A stretch of DNA of 64,000 bases, from assembly GCA_964035545.1 (NCBI GenBank), contig OZ037773.1, forward strand, positions 7,965,751 through 8,029,750. The letters run 5' to 3'. The stretch comes from Bugula neritina (lineage: Eukaryota > Animalia > Bryozoa). Every line of letters begins with the position of its first letter. The first letter of the stretch is position 1. Below are positions 1 through 12,584 of this stretch, piece after piece. Position numbers and translations under genes: made by a program. The notes beneath the pieces were generated by a model. That model searched no databases, was not told where the DNA came from, and worked only from the letters and a program-made list of their open reading frames with translations.

Positions 1-543
1 ATTTCCCTATAGTACATGTATATCTCAGCTCTCTCTATGTTGTATATATATTAGCCTTTCTTTAGGTGTAGGCAGGGCAGAGTTATTGTGCTTTAATCTA
101 CTATTGTAGCTTATTTTTTTGATAATCATTTTCAGTTTTCCTTTGTTAATCAATATATTATTCAATATAAAAGTCATAATAGCACAGTAAATCAATTTTG
201 GAAACTATAATTCCCTGTATTTTATTTATTATTCCAGTAAAAGGTGCTTCAGTGTTGTAAGTGATGTGATGCCTTTAAGCAACAGTTTTCAATTATATAA
301 ACAACAAGTCATTCTGTTGGAATAGAAACAAATATTTTATAAACGCAAATTGCAAAAAACAGAAAAGTGTCAAATTTACAAACCAGATTCGTTGCCATTA
401 CAAAGTAGCTTGGTTTTTAACTCAAATCATTATATTTGTTCTGCATTGTATCCAGTGTATCTGAATGTTAATATTATTTCAATAATTTTGACACATTTAC
501 AGCTATTAGGAGTTATCTTACCAATATAATTGTTTGAATGTAG

Positions 544-3500
544 AAAAACTGTTTAGAGTGCTGCAAGAGTTAACGGAATCGGAGAGACTCTACTGCAAGA
601 ACCTTTGGCAGCTGACTCACAACTACTGCAGGCTATTATACTCTACTGGGGCTATCGCTAAGAAGGACAGCAGGTAATAAAGTTGCTCAGTTGACTCACA
701 ACTACTGTGACCTTTTATACTCTACTAGGACTATTAAGAAGAAAATCAGTTACTATTATATTATTTTCTCTGACATGATGTTTGTTTAAAAAGAATTCAG
801 TATATATATATTATCAAATAACACACTACAGTTTATTTATCATCAAAATCTGTATTTTGCAGCCGAGTTTTCCCTCCAAACCTTTTCACTCTGTACCAGA
901 TGCATTGCGGTATGCTTCGCTGTCTCAACAAAAAGATTGTAACATTCTCACAGCAGCCATTTGCAAACTTGTCGGACATTTTCACTAAACTGACTCAAAA
1001 GAAAAAGGTGAGTCATTCTGGTTTATTCAGAACATTAACATTAACATGGAGTTTTTCGATACTTCCGCAAAAAACCCGTTCAAGAGTAATAGTTCAGCTG
1101 TGTTGATTTTAGATATGGCACTGAAGTTGATTGTGCTGCAACATTGGTTTTATGTATAACATGAAAAATTCAAAAAGAAATTAAATCAAGTAGTTGTATT
1201 TTTTGTTGCTAATAAAAAAGATTGCCAAAGCAAAGTAAATTTAGTTCAATCAAAGTTTCTGGGGTGGCTCAAAATTGCTACCAAAAGTAAACTTGATGTT
1301 GTGTACAAAAAGATCTCAAAGCTAGCAGCTTTGTTTTGACGTGTCCCTTTTTTTCTGGAAGATCTAGGAGTCTAATGGAACTTGACAGCGTTACAATACA
1401 ATGTTGTAGGCTGACCCTCTATCTGTGTATAAAGACTATATTGAGAAGTTTCCACTCATAGTTAGAATAGTCAACAAATTGACCAACACCTCCCCTCTTT
1501 TCCGGAAAGTTCTCAAGAAGTCTCAATCAGAGGGCGGAGTTATAGGAAACAGCCAAGAACTGATTGCTATTCTCATGCAACCAGTGGGGAGAGTTTCTGT
1601 TTACATTTCGTTCATAAATGTGAGTCGATATATAATTGGTATAGCAAGCAAATTTTAATATGAGCAATGTCATTAGAATTATGTTTAAAATACTACTAAA
1701 TCATTAAACTCCAACCAAATTTCATTGTACTGAAGTACTAGAGGGTTAACATGGCATGCTTGTTAAAAAACAGCAGAAAGGTTTACTATAGTGATGTAAT
1801 AGATATGTAATGAATCACTATTTTTTCACTAGATGGTCAGAATAGACATATTATGAGTCATATTATGAGTCATGCAGGTAACTCTTTGTAGGAAATGACT
1901 CATCTTATGTCTCAGGGTCTCCCCAGCAGACACCCCCATGTTCTAGACTTGCAGACGTCAGCTGACATTCTGAATAAATTTGCTAAATCAATGACTAGAG
2001 CCGTAGAAACTTGCGTCCAATTAACCGGACTTTCACCTGAGCACCCCAGGCTACCTGCATCTAGCACTTCAAAATCACCTGCCAAACCTGTCAACTACCT
2101 AATGTCACCTGCCAAACTTTCCAATAGACAAATGTCACCTGCCAGACATGCTAGCAGTCAAGTGTCACCTGCCAGACATGTCAATAGTCAAATGTCACCT
2201 GCAAGACATGCCAACAGTCAAATGTCACCTGCAAGACATGCCAACAGTCAAATGTCACCTGCAAGACATGCCAACAGTCAAATGTCACCTGCAAGACATG
2301 CCAACAGTCAAATGTCACCTGCAAGACATGCCAACAGTCAACTGTTCCCTGAAAATGTTGCTGCTGTTCATAAAACACCCTCTGCTATTGAGAAGTCTAG
2401 CCAAATCAAGTAAGTTTACATAACCATAGCTGTGCTCATTTATTACATGTTTCTAAATCACAGATTTCATATCAAATGTTAGGTGTGGCAGGCTAACAGG
2501 ATGTGTGCAACACTTACTGATATAACCAGCTGGTATGTGTGATAATAAGAATGAAAGTTGGAAACTAGTTAATAGCTCTATGCTACACCTTCTCACTTGA
2601 TTTGTTGCTTCTGTGGTGTTTTTGACACCTCTTTACTGATGTGACACTTTCAACCTTATGTTGACACTATCATTGTTGTGTTGACACTTATATTTATGTC
2701 TGTTTGAACTAAGAAAGTTTTCAACATATTTTGTATAAAAGATAATTTTATAAAATTTTGTAGTTTAAACATAACTTTTTTTCTAACAAATCAAATGAAA
2801 TAGTCAACTACATGAAGTATTTATATACCTATAATACTTATTATATACGTTAATTATATTTTATGGTAAACATGGAATGTGTAATATGTTATGTAAGAAT
2901 CTATAACCAGCGTGATACGATTTTATCAAGTTTAGGCAGTATTGTATTGTATTGCAGAGTGGACACGCGATGCAGTACAGACAGACTGCTTTCTAACGAA
3001 GACAGTGGCATTGACTCTTTGGCTGATACGCTGCCCACACAACCGTACGCGAACAGTCACACCCCTTTATATGCCAACTATGAATATTCATCGCAAGGTG
3101 ATTGGCTCATAATATGTATTATACTTGTAGGTCTATATTCTCACCTTTCTCTGCCGTGTCCTGATCGTGTGTAGGTCTATATATTGCACACAATAGTCTA
3201 TTTGGTGGATCATCAAGCAATTAAAATTTATGAAAAAGGTTCTTCTGTATGCCGAGACTGTTTGTAACTGTTAGAGTTGTCTCCTTTCATTTATGTGTTC
3301 TTTTAGAAGATTATATGTTTTTGTGGCCCTATTGGGAAGTTATTCTTTTAGTAATTATGTAACATTTTCTTGTTATACATAAGTTATGTTGCTCTTTGAA
3401 CTCAGCACTCTACGGATACTGAAACTTAATATTGTGTGGGAGGTTTAAATCTTACCGTGATCAACGTATTTTGTTAGCAGTAATAAGATTACGGTTTATT

Positions 3501-5632
3501 TAAAGTAAAACTTTTAATAGCTATGATAACGCATGTAAAATTATATAAAAAGGGAACAGGGACAGATGATTTGTACTGTCATGGTGCAATGTCTTACTGG
3601 TGTTGCTTGTTACAGACTCTGTGATTGGCTCAGCTAAGATATTCCAGACCAAGCAGGAGCTGCGTAACACCAGGACAAGAGGGTTTTGCTCTGATGAGAG
3701 ATTACACAAGAATGGTGCACATGAAATCAACCCAATGGAAGCTAGTCACCGCCAAACAAAACTGAAAAGTTTTTCACCTGGTGAGCTTTTCTTTTATTCA
3801 GCGTTTTCTGGTTTTGCTTTCTTATGTGACCTAACTAGATAATAATAAATGAAGCTATGTTTTATATTCCAGTGTATTGCCAAAATAACTAGTAGTTTTG
3901 GATTCAGGGCATTTGATGTGCCAAGGATTGGACCTTTCAACTAGATTCTTGTCAATGGCTGGTAAAATCTGCAGTTGTCAATTCAAATAATTAGGTAGTT
4001 TGTTAATATTGAATGGGCAGGTCAACAGTAGGGTTTCTTCATGAGGGAGTTTTTTTTAAAGGTGGGGAAGGGGGGCAGGGATTTTAAGTTACTCATCATA
4101 TCCTAGCAAAAAGCACTCACATTATCAGCTATTTGTTAAAGAAACTTTTAATAGCAAGCAAGTTTATGTTTCCATATCTAAACAGTCAGTGAGGTGATGT
4201 GTAATCCCTCCCTATTTTAGTAAATCGTGACCAGGCAGACATGTTGAAACGGCTCAACCACTCTCTTCCTCAAGGATGTGACAGTCGAGCAAGTAGCTTA
4301 GACTACAGGTACAACAGATGTGAACCCCCTATTAGTCCGAGAACACGAGTGAGATTCAAGACCCCCCTCGCTGATACAGGACGCTCTCTGAAAGGAAATG
4401 GGTGTGTCTTTATTCCTTCCATATTGAGTCGAGTTATAGAACTTAAGTTTCTTTATGTAACTTTGAAATAATTAGCTAAAATGTGGATATTATTTGAGTG
4501 AAAAACACAACAATAATGCTAAGTTTTTTTGTCATTGAAATGCTGGTTGAGACATATTTTTTCTGGAGATTGCCTCTATTTTTTGTCTATTTGATGGAAA
4601 AATGCCAAATTTGGCAAATGTTTGTTAGAACCTTCATCGCTGCGGAGTTGTGGGTGCTGCTATATGCACACCCAAAGGCTGTTGAGATAAAATAATTCCT
4701 CGAAAGTGTTTATCACCATCATACAAGTAGTAATGTTTATATATTCACCCTTTATATTAATATTTTCAGGAAATAATGATACAAGCTGATGAAGAACAGG
4801 GATGTATGTGACCAATGTAATGTAAATCCAGGAGAACATCATATATATAATACATACATATATTTTTACTGTAATATAACATTTCCATAAATTTAAAACA
4901 TATTTTTTGCAGAAAATTATATTGCATAAATTCATATAATACAGGTATTTAAATTTATAAATATAAAAAATTCTCTTTATAAAAACCATTAGCATAGGTG
5001 ATTGGTAAATACTTTAGTGGCGAATTTTGGGTGCTTCAACAGTTCACTTTCCCTTTATTTACTGTGTAAAGTATTTTATCATGTAAGTATGTTCATACGA
5101 GATATATTCAGTACAGCTCAAACTTTCTAGTGATATACCAAAGTAATAGGTGGTGCAAGGTATTATCTTGCACTATTCTTCAACCAGAAACACGGGGGAA
5201 GTATTTCAGAAAGCTCCTCACATATACGCAGAATTGAAAGCACCCTTGGAAAAGTAGCTAAACTTTACAAAAGTTATTTCGGATATTTTAAGATATTCCC
5301 AATTATACAAAAGAATAATGAAGATAGAGGTGTGGCTTGGTGTTAAGTATATGGTGAAGTGATAGTAAACTGAATCCTGTGAATGTCCATAATCAACACT
5401 AAGCAGCAATAGAATGTTTTCAAGTTGGCAATTTTTAAAAAGTTATAAAATATAAAAAATATTGACTGTTAGAAGTGAGCCTGAGCACTGTGAGCATAGA
5501 CTGGGTTCATTGACAACACGGCAGAACGTATCAGACAGTACCCTGAAGGCAAGAACAATTCAGGCGGATGATGAAGGGAAAGTTAATATGACTAGCAGAT
5601 ACAACAGAGGAGATGCTGTCAGATGTTTTTGA
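544..5632 (+). CDS. Dbl-homology (DH) RhoGEF, 5'-incomplete; no PH domain after the DH; low-complexity regulatory tail
   Basis: GT-AG exons joined in frame: 544-673, 863-1007, 1410-1619, 1892-2409, 2958-3097, 3616-3780, 4221-4401, probable last exon 5473-5632. DH motifs: CR1 VLQELTESERLYCKNL, VFPPNLFTLYQMH...LSDIF, YKDY, CR3 ILMQPVGRVSVY, terminal HPHVLDLQTSADILNKFA. The terminal exon is less certain; an alternative acceptor at 4770 would give an immediate stop. Confidence 0.8.
2071..2341 (+). repeat. Coding 30-bp tandem repeat (AATGTCACCTGCAAGACATGCCAACAGTCA) encoding MSPARHANSQ, ~9 units
   Basis: Five identical units at 2191-2340, preceded by four degenerate units, all inside RhoGEF exon 1892-2409. 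Confidence 0.95.
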
Positions 5633-8600
5633 TAGCCAACACGATGCCGTACGACAGCCCTGATCCTGCTGCTAATCCTATCGTCATAAACATAGACATC
5701 ATTGAGCCAGCCAACTCTGCTTGTGTTTCGTCCACCAACCTGCGTGAGAGATACAGTTTCATTATATTATACAGTATATACAGTTTCATTACTCACAGTG
5801 CGTACTTACAGCATGTACTTACAGAGTACTTGCAGTGTATTTATAACATATTTACAGTTTACTTTAATTTGGTGTGTTTACAGCTTAAAAAACACACCAG
5901 TTTTGGTGGAATAGCCATCGTATGATACCTACACTGCCATATTGATTCTCAACTTTTTCTGTTATGACCACATTACAGCCAAATCTCCACTTATACTGTA
6001 CGTAAAGAAACACATTTATAGTTATATTTATATATAAACCAAACTCACGTAGGTGCTATCATCAAAGCCTGGGTAGAAAGATATCCATTGCTGACAGCAA
6101 AAATAATCATGATGACGATAGGGTAGGCGTCATTGTCGAACACAACTGGTATAGTGTTTCTAGGTTGTACATTGCACAGTGCAAATAGCGGAATGAATAC
6201 AAGTCGTAGTATACTGAGCAGTGGGATGGTCACATTAGGCCATTTCTACAACACGACACAGTTGATATGACAACTCCCAATTATGTATAAAACACAACAA
6301 GCTGCTACTTCAATGACTGGAAGTAAATTTTGAAGAAAAACTAAAAGGTGTATTAACAACATTGAATGCAAGTGCTAATGGGAAGATGATTTGATTCACA
6401 TACGAAGAACAGTTTTAAACATCCAATAAAATCACAAATTAGCCAGATTTTTTAGCTCCAATGAACAATCCACCGATAATAAGAGACATGTGGTTATTTA
6501 CTTACAATGTTGACTATTCCAGCTAGCACCCTGCCTATCAAGTCTCCCATATTGAATCCAAAGAAACAGTAGAGAGGCACAAAGTATCTGGCTGTAACAG
6601 ACCATACAAGTAGACATCAGTGGCCAGTTCTGCATGTTCAATATTACATACTAATAAACTCACGCAAAAGTTTATAGTAACTATTCCTGTGAGAAAACCC
6701 CTGATGAAAAGGGTATTTTGTTAAATCGAGCTAAGGACTTATTCAGATGAGGCACAGGAGCAATTATGACTGGATGCCCTTCCTAACCTAACCAATGGCC
6801 TTTGTCGTGGTTTGAACCCATGACCTCATGTTTACTAAAAAAATGCCCTAACCCCTAAACCACGGCTGCCTAATATTATATACTAATAGGCATCAGTAGT
6901 TAATTCTGCATGCTCACTACTACACACTAAATATATAGAGTAGGAGTTGTGTACGCATTAGACTGTAGCAATACCTGTCCAGATCAGCGTATCAGGGTTT
7001 GTGTTGGTTGAGCTAACACTGGAAGTTGCTGCAGGAAACATAGCCAGGGTGACAAAGAAGACGAGTATGACGGAGAAGGCTTGTCTCCATACCTTTCGAC
7101 CTATACTGAGATAGTCTGAGAGAAGAGACTTGCGCACGCCTACACTTTGACTATTCAGCATCACTCTTTCTATGAAGATAAAAGGAAGAGAGAGTTGAGT
7201 TACACAGGCTAAGATTTCTAGCTTACTGTACAGTATGACTCAGTACTCATGTGTTTTGCTGAGAAATACTCACCATTCTGTTTCCTATAATATCTTGCAA
7301 ACTCCTACAATACGACATAATTTTTATTCCACAATGCAAATTGGCAAGATGAAGTCACTTAAAGTCGTATGAAAAAATAAGCAAGCCTTCAGACATAAAC
7401 CACACTTAAACAAGTTAAAATTTAATTATGTTAAGAAAACCTGCTTGGCAGCAAGAAGGATCAAAGCCATCTTCTAATAAATTATTGCACTCAAGAAGCA
7501 AAAGTTTAGCAAACAGATCTAGATTAGACTTAGTACCACCAGCACTTACCAACTTATAAAGTAGAAGGTACATGACGAGAGCAAAGACTAAAACTAAAAT
7601 GGCTAACAGGAAGTACCAGAAAGCAGACGTAGTGATACTTGTCCCCAGTGAGATAACAATAATATTTACAACGGCTGAAAACACACCACCCAAACCCTGC
7701 AAAATAAGTGCCAGCAATACAGAGAAACTAATAGGTTTACAAATTATATCAAATATGTTGATTACATCAGTCTAGGTGATGTATAGGTGATATATTAAAT
7801 GATTGAAGGAATAACAAAAACAAAATATAATAAGAAATACAACACTGCGTTGGGTTGTCTGAATTATATTTGACCACAAACACATGTTACACAAATACTT
7901 GGCTATTGCAACTAATTACTACTTCACAGACTAATGGACAGAGTGGGGGGGGGGGGTTGCACTCAATGCAGTGTATATTATCTCATTGTTTTATACTACA
8001 ATATATTTTTATATAATATATTATGACAAAATATTATATTACTATATCATATTGTAGTGTGGAGAAATTAAACACTGACTCGATCACAATTGGAATAACT
8101 TTGTTTAAAGCAACACTAATGCAAGGGACACCTACCATCCCACCCATAATAGATTGAGTATAACTTTGAGGAAACTGGGCTGCTAATCCAAACAGACTGG
8201 ACCCGAATAATGCACTGGCAGCTGAAAAATACAAATTATAAAACTATTAGAGAACAGGACAATCAATCCACATACACTCTCCTTTCTAAAACTCTAACAG
8301 GAAGGTTTAGATCCCTCCCTACTTTAACACTCTACCTCAGAGCCTTAGGCAGTACCTTGCAAAGACATATTCAAGGTAAAATAATTTAAAGTTTGACCAT
8401 ATGCTTTAAAAGGAGGATTTAAGGCCAAACACTCATATATCCTTGCAAAATATGTACTTTAAAACAATAAAACTGCACTTTTTGATAATATTTCATACGG
8501 TTTTCTAAAAGAAGCTTCTAAACTATCTCCTATCATCTACTCATAATACAAAAAGAATTTATATGTTACTGCAACTAGAGGACTATACTTACCTGATGCT

Positions 8601-10268
8601 AGCACCACTATCGCCAGAGTCAGCACATAAAACGTAGTCTGCCCTGCAAAAGAATTAGAGCATACTGTAATAGCCGTAGAGAGAAACATGTAATAACAGA
8701 CAACAATGTAGGGAGATAATGTTATCTAATATAATTAGAATATATAATATAATAGAATTAAAATATAATGTTAGAGCAATGAAGAAAAACATTGAGTACT
8801 GTACAGTCTCTGATGTAGGGAGATAATGTTATATCACGTTTACACAAACTGAATAATTTCTCAACATGTAAATCAAACAACATCTTTGTTAAAATAAAAT
8901 AAAATATTATGCTAATCCAATATTCCATTATTAATTATTTACTATCTATAATAGGCCATGTCGTTAATAAAGATTTCATAATAATAGCAGATGATAACAC
9001 CAGTTAAGTGATAGAGTAGAGAGTAGTAGAGTAGAGAGTAGTAGAGTAGTAGAGTAGAGAGTAGTAGAGTAGAGAGTAGTATAGTAGTAGAGTAGAGAGT
9101 AGTAAAGTACAGAGTACAGAGTAGAAGAGTATATAGTAGTAGACTTACATTCAGCAACATTGAGTTTGGTAAAAACCAAAGTTATAATAAACATGCCAAT
9201 CATGGCAGCCATGGATCCTACTAACCGTGTCTTTACTGATACTCTACAGAATACAGGAAACAGTGTTACCCACAAGACCTTTTAGTATCAACTACATATG
9301 ATATAGTATACAAGTATGATATGAATATATTACACGTACCTCCCTGCCAGACCAGTGTTCAGTATCTGTATGACCAGGTTAGCCACCATATTAGAGATAG
9401 CAACAGCTGACTCATATGACAGCTGCAGGGGTGTGTCGTCAATGTCAGCGGTGTAGTTGGCAGCTGGTATAGAGACGTTCCTCAACTGATACATGAAGTA
9501 CTGTAAAACAAGTAAGGAAATGAGATCATATGTTTTATGGATCAGCCAATATACTTGTATTATATGTGCGGTGCTTTTCACATGTATAGCCCACCTGTAT
9601 AGCCCACCTGCATAACCCACCTGTATAGCCCACCTGCATAACCCACCTGCACATCTGCGAGTTACATAGGTGATTTGTGCAGGTTAATAGTAAAGAACTA
9701 CTATGAAGGTGAATGACGTTGATAAATTACTTTTTTCCAAACTTAACAGCATCTGCACCAATACATATATAACTAATACGTATTAGTAATATTATTTTAT
9801 ATGCATGCATTTATTTTTAATATATAGAAAGTATATATAAACTCACATCTTTGGCAGTTATGAACATATTCCATGGTAGTAGAGTTCCCACACCCAGCAG
9901 GTAGAATATCAAGTATACAAACTTGAATCTAAAACAGGAAACATAAACTCTGGTCAGGTAAATTAGGTTACCATGGATACTGTAACTATAGCTACTGTGG
10001 CTATTGCTACCATGGTTACTACTATAGTTGCGATTACCATGAAAACTGTTACCATGGCTACTGTTACCACAGAGACTGTTACCATGGCTACTGTAACCAT
10101 TTACATGTTGTGAATTGTCATCCACCGTCACAGTAGAAAGACAAACCTGTCAGGAGGGGCAACTTCAGGTCTGTCTATCAGGTAGGTTACTTCATCCAAC
10201 AGATTGCTGCCTTCATCGCTAGACAACTCCGAGTTTTGTATCTGAGACTTGTTAGGAAGATCCGCCAT
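5619..10268 (-). CDS. SLC29A3: Equilibrative nucleoside transporter (SLC29 family), ENT3-like, ~457 aa
   Basis: 12 exons: 10268-10147, 9928-9847, 9500-9340, 9243-9149, 8643-8593, 8221-8136, 7696-7550, 7304-7274, 7169-6975, 6591-6506, 6245-6049, 5739-5619 (1374 nt, in frame). Motifs: [89 protein letters not shown]. The extended N-terminus with EGSNLL and LIDRP resembles ENT3. Family assignment is secure; the subtype is less so. Confidence 0.93.
6657..6871 (-). mobile_element. tRNA-derived SINE in an ENT intron
   Basis: Minus strand reads GGCAGCCGTGGTTTAGGGGTTAGGGC (A-box like) ... GAGGTCATGGGTTCAAACC (B-box). Flanked by a 17-bp direct repeat with one mismatch: AATATTACATACTAATA (6640-6656) and AATATTATATACTAATA (6872-6888). 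Confidence 0.75.
9011..9142. repeat. AGTAGAG/AGT-type microsatellite next to an ENT splice donor
   Basis: Directly visible degenerate repeat starting a few bp from the donor at 9148. Confidence 0.9.
9586..9651. repeat. 13-bp minisatellite (ATAGCCCACCTGT/ATAACCCACCTGC), ~5 units
   Basis: Directly visible tandem array in an ENT intron. Confidence 0.85.
9968..10100. repeat. ~15-bp minisatellite (TTACCATGGCTACTG-like)
   Basis: Degenerate tandem array filling most of ENT intron 9929-10146. Confidence 0.8.
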
Positions 10269-11969
10269 TTTGTTGATATCTTGATCACCTCTGTACTTCC
10301 TGTGCGGCAGAAAACAAGTCAAATTAAAGTATAGAAAAGCCCTAAGCAGTTGGTAAAAATCACTTCTAGTCTCTTTCTATAAAAAAAAACTTTAAAAAGC
10401 AACTCAACTTATAACTTTAATTTTGTTTAAATGCAGTTTTATTGCTTTTATAGGAAGGAAAACTACTAAGCACATGAGGTTTGGGTACCAACTGTAGTAT
10501 ACTGTATAACTGCACTTTTCAAACTAAATAAACAATATAATGAATTGAATGCCGACATATAATACTTAAATACTGATCAGAATTATCAATGCAACTTTTT
10601 AACCAATACTAGTTAATCAAAGTGCTGCATAATTAACGATAACTGAGGTGGAAAAGGAAAACATACATTTATGCATGTGTTAAAGAACGCTGAAAACTCT
10701 AAAGCAAAATTATAAGAAATAGCAATAAACTGAAACATAAGGACATGTAACACTGAGGCAATGAAATAAAGCAAAGCTAAAAGAAAGCTAGCTTTAATTA
10801 CATTTCACGCTTCATTTCCATGACGGAATCCCTCTAAAAAAACATTCACCAAAATCAGAATGAGTCTTTATCCACTGAAACTGAGGAAAGGAAATCACAA
10901 CTTAGCTATTGGAGTGTTTCAGCACCTAGAAATGTCAAGGCTGAATTTACTATAAAACAACTATCATTATACTTTATATAGGAATGCAAGACACATCATA
11001 TGTGTTGAAATCTTTATAAAAGTCTACAAGACTGAGATAGACTAATACTGCATCATGTTGATAGTAAACACTGCAAATTAGGTTTCAGTATAACATATGT
11101 GCTTTTAAGAGTTTCAATATCCATTCATAACTGATGAGCTAATAAAGTCCACTGAAGAAAATACAATAAGATTTATGTTTTGAGCACAAAAGCAATTATC
11201 CTCTAGACTCTATTGGAATGCAGCAACACAAAACATACATACTTTTGTAAAGACAAATAGCTTGAATGATGCACTAAGTTCTGACCACGGCTTGTGATAC
11301 ATTCTATTTGAGATCTTAAGCTATTTGATAAACTTTATTCTACACCACATGATGATAAAGACACCCCTATCTCTAATTTTATCATGCATTGAACAGACAA
11401 CATTCTCCAGAGTAAGATAAAGAAGGTCATAACAAAGCATGTGATAAGTGAACTCTTGTGATCTTGTCAAAGGCCTTAGCGGGCCAGCACGTGACTGTAA
11501 GAAGGAGTGAGGAAGACACTGTGATACTAATGGGTCATAACAATATGCTTGCTATGCTGTAGCTGTCCCAGTAAACATTAATATGTGATAACTCCAGCTA
11601 AATAGGTTTTAACAAAAAGGACGAGAAAAATAGCCATTCTGAAATGTTGTTAGTTGCTAAGCAAAAACTATGCACAAAATAACATAAGGTTGCTAAACTT
11701 TATCCATGTGCTTAGTTCAAAGTTAAGAGAGTGAAAAAGCAGAACTGGCTGGAAACTCAAGCTATTAATAGATGCTGATTATCTGAAGATCTGCAGGTGT
11801 GATACCTTGCATTACATAACTAAATTACAGTTTAAAATTAAGATAGAGTTTTTAGTAGGTGATCATTGTTATTAGGGAGCAGAATTACACTGAGTGAAAT
11901 ACTTGAGAATAGGGGAATCAAGCAGCTTAGGTCCTTGGTATCAGATAGATATAGGAAGATTTAGGTAAG

Positions 11970-12062
11970 TGCAGGTAGTTTACAGGCAGATGCAGGTAGT
12001 TTACAGGCAGATGCAGGTAGTTTACAGGCAGATGCAGGTAGTTTACAGGCAGATGCAGGTAG
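11970..12062. repeat. 21-bp minisatellite (GCAGGTAGTTTACAGGCAGAT), ~4.4 units
   Basis: Perfect tandem copies visible. Confidence 0.9.
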
Positions 12063-12584
12063 CTTCAGACTACAAATACTTGATAAAAATCAATCAGTTA
12101 TAAAAGAAACCTAGTTGAAAAAAGGGAAGTTGATTTGAAATCGAAATTGAGGCTTTGATTTTATTCAAAGTTACTTGAATGCCAAGTGGTTGCCATGACA
12201 GGTTATGCCAAGTGGTTGTCATGACAGGTTATTTATGGTTTGGGTACTCAGCTAAGTGCTTACTAAACATATTATGAAACGTTTGGAGTAATAGATGAGG
12301 TAGATACCTCTAAATCATCAGATATTAAAGGCAGTCAACTAATCGTCTGAGCATTGAGGCAGCAACTCCACAGCATGATGTAGATATCACGACAGCAAAG
12401 ATAAGAGGTATTCAGAACTAAGTGGCTCATATTAGAGAAAAACACAACTAATTCTACTAAAGAATTTGAAAACACTAGATTTGGTTAGAAATAAACCTTC
12501 AAATCAAGGCCTTCAAATCTACCTTTGAATAAATAACTACATTTGAGGTTCGATTCAACAAATATTTTAAACTTCACATTCAAT

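Noticed and set aside
2071-2341. Regular repeats as a CRISPR array (also 48810-49100 and 61060-61325)
   Set aside because: Head-to-tail units with no unique spacers, eukaryotic context and no cas genes.
5623-5925. Antisense ORFs (5623-5925, 7572-7775, 15388-15684, 20660-20974, 23632-23880, 30999-31190, 49765-49989)
   Set aside because: Shadows of real exons on the opposite strand.
6790-6871. Functional tRNA gene
   Set aside because: The anticodon arm is degenerate, and the sequence continues into a body flanked by a target-site duplication, so it is a SINE.
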